Source of the DNA: Planctomycetota bacterium
GTDB taxonomy: Bacteria; Planctomycetota; UBA11346
Length of the DNA stretch: 11,563 nt
Assembly (NCBI GenBank): GCA_038213805.1
Contig: JBBQSO010000126.1
Location: 1-11,563, forward strand
Direction of reading: 5' to 3'
The translations under genes and the position numbers were made by a program. Below the pieces are notes generated by a model, which saw only the letters and a list, made by a program, of their open reading frames with translations, ran no database searches and was not told the origin of the DNA. Each line of letters opens with the position of its first letter. Position 1 is the stretch's first letter. Shown here in pieces: positions 6,991 to 11,563 of this stretch.

Positions 6991-8574
6991 ATGCTGTCCA
7001 TGGCAAACGGCGCAGTCGGGTTGGCGAGCACAGCGACGACCTGGGTGACCGCGCAGCGCGTGATCCTGGCCAACGACTGGTGCGATCCCGGTCGACTCGA
7101 CGCGGCGCGCGACCGCCTGACCGGGCTGCAACCGGCCGATGGGCGCACCCTGACGCGCCGCTTGGCAGAACTGCATATCCTGACTCAGGAGCAAGCCGGC
7201 GACCTGGAGGGCATCCTGGAACTGCAGCCGCATTTCGGCGGCTACAGCCTTGAGCGCAAACTCGGCTCCGGCGGCATGGGCACCGTCTATCTGGCCACCC
7301 AGGCAAGCACCGGCCGGCCGCTGGCGCTCAAGATCATCAACAACCGCATCAAGGAGGACGCCGACTTCGTCGGTCGCTTCCAACGCGAGACCAAGGCCCT
7401 GGCCGCCCTGCGCCACGCCCACATCGCCGAGGTCGTCGAAAGCGGCGACAGCGATGGCACCTGCTACATGGCGATGGAATTGATCCAGGGACCGAGCCTG
7501 GCGCACCTGCTCCACGAGCACCAGGTGCTGCCCGAGGCCTATGTCCTGAATCTCGCCCGCCAGGTGGCCGAGGGCCTGGCCTACGTGACCACCACCTCGG
7601 GACTGGTGCACCGCGACCTCAAGCCCGAGAACATCCTGGTCGCGCGCAACCAGGCGGCGCAGGAGCCCTTCCCCGCCGACGACGTCGCCAAGCTCATCGA
7701 CTTCGGCTTGGTCAAGCCGGTCAACGATGATGAGCGCCTGACCCAGACCGGCATGACCATCGGCACGCCCCTCTACATGTCGCCCGAACAGATCCGCGGT
7801 GACAAGCTCGACCTGCGCAGCGACATCTATGGCCTGGGCGCTACCGTCTACCACCTGCTGACCGGCGTCACGCCGTTCACCGGCGGCAGCCCGGGCATGA
7901 TCATGAGCGCCCACCTCACCCAGCCGGTGCCCGACCCGGGCGAGCGCGTACCCGGTCTGCACCCGCTGACGCGCAGGCTGGTGATGACGGCCATGGCCAA
8001 GGACCGCGAACAGCGCTTCCTAAATTTTCCAGCGCTGATCGGCTCTCTCGAATCCGCCCTCGCCGCGATCAGCGAAAAGCAGGGCCAGGCGCCCAAGCTG
8101 CTGCGCAAGCCGCTGGTGTTGAAGCCGCCGACGGCCAAGAAACCGGCCGAGAAGCTGGTCGCGCCCGAGCTGGTCGGCGAGAGTGGCGACAGCATCGACG
8201 CCCGCATCCTGCAGAAACACCGCCAGAACATCGGCGAGGCCAAGGACCCCACCCGACGTCAGGTCAATCCGGCGCTGCGCCAGGCCTCGCCCCAGTCCAG
8301 CGCCTTCCACGTGCGCGCGGGCGGCGGCGAGGCCCTGCGCCAGATCAACTCCAGCAAGTACTTCAAGCGTGAGGACGGTGTGGACCCGGGGATCAGCTCA
8401 GCTTCGGGCGAGACCCTCGCGCCGCAGACCGCCGCCACCGGTCGGGAACAGTTGCCCCTGACCAGCGCGGTATTTGCGGAGGATCCGCACGCCCCGGTCG
8501 GCATGGGGCCGATGCCGTGGGTGCTGCTGGGGGTCGCGGTGGTGGCGCTGGGGGCCTGGCTGGTGCTGCATTGA
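6991..8574 (+). CDS. Hanks-type Ser/Thr protein kinase with a C-terminal transmembrane helix
   Basis: Motifs: LGSGGMGTVY, ALK, HRDLKPEN, DFG, GTPLYMSPEQ, DIYGLG. It ends in PWVLLGVAVVALGAWLVLH. The start is probably ATG 6991 or 7000 (GGAG/AAGGA upstream) rather than GTG 6787. Confidence 0.93.
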   Translation: MLSMANGAVGLASTATTWVTAQRVILANDWCDPGRLDAARDRLTGLQPADGRTLTRRLAELHILTQEQAGDLEGILELQPHFGGYSLERKLGSGGMGTVYLATQASTGRPLALKIINNRIKEDADFVGRFQRETKALAALRHAHIAEVVESGDSDGTCYMAMELIQGPSLAHLLHEHQVLPEAYVLNLARQVAEGLAYVTTTSGLVHRDLKPENILVARNQAAQEPFPADDVAKLIDFGLVKPVNDDERLTQTGMTIGTPLYMSPEQIRGDKLDLRSDIYGLGATVYHLLTGVTPFTGGSPGMIMSAHLTQPVPDPGERVPGLHPLTRRLVMTAMAKDREQRFLNFPALIGSLESALAAISEKQGQAPKLLRKPLVLKPPTAKKPAEKLVAPELVGESGDSIDARILQKHRQNIGEAKDPTRRQVNPALRQASPQSSAFHVRAGGGEALRQINSSKYFKREDGVDPGISSASGETLAPQTAATGREQLPLTSAVFAEDPHAPVGMGPMPWVLLGVAVVALGAWLVLH

Positions 8575-8605
8575 TGGCTGATGGCTGACAGCGGACGGCA
8601 GATTG
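8571..8605 (+). repeat. Heptamer array TTGATGG CTGATGG CTGACAG CGGACGG CAGATTG overlapping the kinase stop
   Basis: The first unit contains the kinase stop codon (TGA 8572-8574). Confidence 0.8.
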
Positions 8606-8699
8606 CCAGACTGATCCGGAGTGTGAAACGGCGGTCCGGGAAGTTTTTCGCCTGGGAGGGCTCGGTGGACTCGGCCGACAGGGCGCCTAGGCTGCCGCC

Positions 8700-9626
8700 G
8701 TGCACTTCGCCGGCCGCCATGTCATCTCCATCGCCGACTTCAGCCGCGCCGAGATTTTGCGCATCCTCGAGGTCGCGCAGGGCATCGAAGCCGGCCAACG
8801 CCGCGAGCTGCTCGCCGGCCGGCTGATGGCGACGCTGTTCTTCGAGCCCAGCACGCGCACCCGCCTGAGCTTCGAGGCGGCGATGCTCAAGCTCGGCGGC
8901 GAGGTCATCGGCTTCAGCGACGCCGGCTCGACCAGCACCAAGAAGGGCGAGAGCCTGGCCGACACCATCCGCATGGTCGAGCACTACGCGGACGTCATCG
9001 TCATGCGCCACCCGCGCGATGGCGCGGCGCGCCTGGCCGGCGAAATAAGCAAGGTGCCGGTGATCAACGGCGGCGACGGCGGCAACCAGCACCCCAGCCA
9101 GACCTTTCTCGACCTCTACACAATCGCCAAGCTGTTCCCCGAGCTGATCGACGGCCGGCGCGAGCTGACCATCGCCTTCGCCGGCGACCTGCGCTACGGC
9201 CGCACCGTGCACAGCCTGCTCACCGCGCTCTGCCACTTCCGCGTGCGCCTGCTGACGGTCGCGCCGCGCGGTCTGGAAATGCCGGACCAATACCTGCACC
9301 ACGCGCGTGAAGCCGGCATCGCCGTCACCGAGGTCGGCCACCTCCAGGATGCGATCGCGCAGAGCGACGTGCTCTACATGACGCGCCTGCAGGAGGAGCG
9401 CTTCCCGGACGCCCTCGAGTTCGACCACATCAAAGCGTCCTACCGCATCACCGCGGCGATGCTCGCAGGCGCCCCGTCGCAGCTGCGCATCCTGCACCCG
9501 CTGCCGCGGGTCAACGAGATCGCCATCGACGTCGATCGCACCCCGCATGCGCACTACTTCGCCCAGGCCGGCAACGGCATCCCGGTGCGACAGGCGCTGC
9601 TCGGCCTGGTGCTGGGAGCGTTATGA
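8700..9626 (+). CDS. pyrB: Aspartate carbamoyltransferase catalytic subunit (308 aa)
   Basis: Motifs: FFEPSTRTRLSFE, KKGESLADT, VMRHP, INGGDG, HPSQTFLD, GDLRYGRTVHS, MTRLQEER, HPLPRVNEI. Confidence 0.97.
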   Translation: MHFAGRHVISIADFSRAEILRILEVAQGIEAGQRRELLAGRLMATLFFEPSTRTRLSFEAAMLKLGGEVIGFSDAGSTSTKKGESLADTIRMVEHYADVIVMRHPRDGAARLAGEISKVPVINGGDGGNQHPSQTFLDLYTIAKLFPELIDGRRELTIAFAGDLRYGRTVHSLLTALCHFRVRLLTVAPRGLEMPDQYLHHAREAGIAVTEVGHLQDAIAQSDVLYMTRLQEERFPDALEFDHIKASYRITAAMLAGAPSQLRILHPLPRVNEIAIDVDRTPHAHYFAQAGNGIPVRQALLGLVLGAL

Positions 9627-10096
9627 CCGACCAGCCCGTCACCGCTTCCAACACCCGCGTCCGCCAGGTCGAGGCGATCGTCAACGGCACGGTCATCGAC
9701 CACATCCCAGGCGCGATGACGCTGAAGGTCGCCAACCTCATCGCCACCGCCAACGACCAGGTGTCGATCGGCATGAACCTGCGCTCGGAGCGCCTCGGGC
9801 GCAAGGGCGTGGTCAAGATCTCTGGCCGCGAACTGGACGAGCGCACACTTTCGCGCCTGGCGCTGATCGCGCCGAGCGCGACCGTCAGCATCATCCGCGA
9901 CTACCAGGTCGTGCAGAAGTTCGCGGTGCCGATGCCGACGATGTTTGAAGACATTGCACGCTGCGCGAACCCGAACTGCGTGACCAACCATGAGAAGTGG
10001 AGCTCGCGCCTGGCCGTGATCAGCCTCGACCCGCTGCGCGTGCGCTGCGTCTACTGCGAACGCGGCTTCGAGACCGCGGAGCTGGTGCTGGTCTGA
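9623..10096 (+). CDS. pyrI: Aspartate carbamoyltransferase regulatory subunit (157 aa)
   Basis: ATGA overlap with pyrB. Motifs: NGTVIDHIP, GMNLRS...GRKGVVK, and Zn-binding CANPNC...CVYC. Confidence 0.95.
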   Translation: MTDQPVTASNTRVRQVEAIVNGTVIDHIPGAMTLKVANLIATANDQVSIGMNLRSERLGRKGVVKISGRELDERTLSRLALIAPSATVSIIRDYQVVQKFAVPMPTMFEDIARCANPNCVTNHEKWSSRLAVISLDPLRVRCVYCERGFETAELVLV

Positions 10097-10578
10097 TGGC
10101 CGGCGCCGAGCGGGCCGCGGAGTTGATCCGCGCGCTCGACCTGCAGCCGCACCCCGAGGGCGGGCACTACCGCGAGACGTTCCGCTCGACACTATGGCAA
10201 AGTGGGCCGCGTGGCGAACGCGCCGCTTCCACGGCGATCTGGTTCCTGCTTCAGGCGGGCCAGGTCAGCCGCTGGCACCGTGTACTGTCCGATGAGTGCT
10301 GGCACTGGCACGAGGGCGGAGAGCTGGAATTGCTGCAGTGCGAGCGGCCCGGAAGCCCCGTCACCGCGCAGCGTCTCGGCCCGGTCGCGGACGGCAGCCT
10401 GCCACAACGCGTGGTGCCGGCCGGGTGGTGGCAGGCAGCGCGACCGCTCGGCGCCTACGCGCTGGTCGGATGTACGGTGGCGCCGGGGTTCGAGTTCGCG
10501 GATTTCACGATGATCGACCCGGTCGACGGCGAGGCGGAGTGGTTCCGGAAGGCGGCGGATCCGGGATTCGTGGGCTGA
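10096..10578 (+). CDS. Cupin, DUF985 / cupin_5 (Cff1/YML079W-like) family (160 aa)
   Basis: TGATG overlap with pyrI. Motifs: LQPHPEGGHYRET, STAIWFLL, SRWHRV.SDECWHWHEG, VPAGWWQAA, LVGCTVAPGFEFADF. Confidence 0.9.
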   Translation: MAGAERAAELIRALDLQPHPEGGHYRETFRSTLWQSGPRGERAASTAIWFLLQAGQVSRWHRVLSDECWHWHEGGELELLQCERPGSPVTAQRLGPVADGSLPQRVVPAGWWQAARPLGAYALVGCTVAPGFEFADFTMIDPVDGEAEWFRKAADPGFVG

Positions 10579-10657
10579 GTCGGATCGAGAGTCTCCACAA
10601 CTGGTAGCGGCCGCCATGGACGACTCCAACCAGGCACTGGAGCCAAAAAAACGCCGG

Positions 10658-11083
10658 TCATTTGGAGACGACTGAGGCGAAGCCCTGCGCATCCATCCAG
10701 GCCGCGACCGCTTTGTTCTCTTCCCGCGGCAGATCAGCGATCTTCACGGTCAGAACGCCCCTTTCCTTCATCCGCTTGATGACCAGACCCGCGAGCTGAT
10801 CACTGGACATCACCCACGCAAACCCGCGGTCGCCATCAGTGAGCTGGGGGTCGTCAACCAGCACCTGCTTGGGCCAGGCCTGCACCGTGATGGCGAGGTC
10901 CCTGCAGTCGTCGATCTTCTTCAATTCCTCCATGCGGGCGGCCTTCGTGCTTCCGGGGTTGATGCCGGCATAGTCGGCCATGACGAGCGCATCGAGCGCC
11001 TTCCGCTCGTCGGCCGGAACCGTCTCGGCTTGGGCGACAGACCAGGAGAGGGAAATGAGGAGGAGGCCGATGGCGGTATTCAT
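10658..11083 (-). CDS. Hypothetical secreted protein (141 aa)
   Basis: ATG at 11083 begins MNTAIGLLLISLSWSVAQA-E, which has a signal peptide with an AQA cleavage motif. The mature part is plausibly helical. I recognise no family. Confidence 0.7.
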   Translation of the reverse strand: MNTAIGLLLISLSWSVAQAETVPADERKALDALVMADYAGINPGSTKAARMEELKKIDDCRDLAITVQAWPKQVLVDDPQLTDGDRGFAWVMSSDQLAGLVIKRMKERGVLTVKIADLPREENKAVAAWMDAQGFASVVSK

Positions 11084-11397
11084 GAGGTGCACACAATTCT
11101 GGTGTGGTGCTTATTCATAGCGGGTTGATATCATGTCCATTGATTTGTGTATTGTACCTAGCGGCGGCGCTCTTTGTAGGCCATGGTCGCCTGCGTAGTA
11201 GTCGAGTGATCGCTGGGGACTGGAAATAAGTCTATGTCGATTTTCCCCAAGAATTTTAAAAAAAACGCTCTTTCCTCGTCATCTATTTTTATGCTCCCTT
11301 TCATGTGAATACTGATTCCAGCCACAGGTTCGCAGGTTCTTCCCACCCGCGCGGCCGCCCCCGGCGCCGGCCAATGCCGTTCACTTTTGAACCTCCC

Positions 11398-11426
11398 ATA
11401 ATATAAGTATTGACAACGCTTTACAA
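11398..11426 (-). promoter_or_regulatory. Candidate sigma70 promoter TTGTAA-17-TATTAT
   Basis: Minus-strand -35 at 11426-11421, a 17-nt spacer, and -10 at 11403-11398. It points toward the 141-aa gene. The AT-rich context raises the chance of a random match. Confidence 0.35.
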
Positions 11427-11563
11427 AAAATTCTTCGGGCCTAATGAGCCCCCATACTTCTGCGCATGATCTCATCCATCACCTCTCCGTTGCACTGCGC
11501 GGCGTGGCGACGTCATTCGCCCGCGTGCGACGATGGTCACCGCGGTCAGTGGTGGTTGCGGTG

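Noticed and set aside
5126..9554. Long alternative ORFs (5126-6964 +, 6844-7962 -, 8259-9554 -, and similar)
   Set aside because: These are antisense or off-frame shadows of rpoN, the kinase and pyrB, as expected in high-GC DNA, and they carry no recognisable motifs.
10093..10099. Single CTGATGG at the pyrI/cupin junction as a member of the repeat family
   Set aside because: It is a single unit, fully explained by the TGATG stop/start overlap.
10623..10651. Hairpin plus A-run as a terminator between the cupin and the 141-aa gene
   Set aside because: The stem is short (5-7 bp) and the T-run lies on the 5' side of the hairpin on the minus strand, so it is not a canonical intrinsic terminator in either direction.
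11158..11475. 105-aa minus-strand ORF as a gene
   Set aside because: It has no recognisable motif, atypical composition, and lies in a region of doubtful quality, so it is not listed as a feature.

Overview
An 11.6-kb high-GC bacterial segment. The RpoN box variant RRTVTKYR, the Hanks-type kinase architecture and the DUF1080 gene suggest a PVC/Planctomycetota-like host, but that is inference only. Gene order: xylB (minus, runs off the left edge and is absent from the ORF track) <- ppa (family I pyrophosphatase with a basic C-terminal tail) | LacI-type palindrome | xylA -> terminator -> secreted DUF1080 -> <- secreted hypothetical <- rpoN | sigma54 -24/-12 site | membrane-anchored Ser/Thr kinase -> pyrB-pyrI-DUF985 cupin -> <- secreted hypothetical, then an AT-rich tail. 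The proteins are mostly housekeeping or sugar-metabolism genes, and I see no mobile element, CRISPR array or defence system. The most striking unexplained signal is non-coding. A family of 7-bp tandem repeats (CTGAYRG) follows the stop codon of five genes, always in the sense orientation, so three units place TGA in all three frames. A long inverted array of the same family sits in front of xylB. Two intergenic segments (3341-3492 and 4393-4509) can fold into extensive structures and are ncRNA candidates. Both window ends look like possible low-quality sequence.
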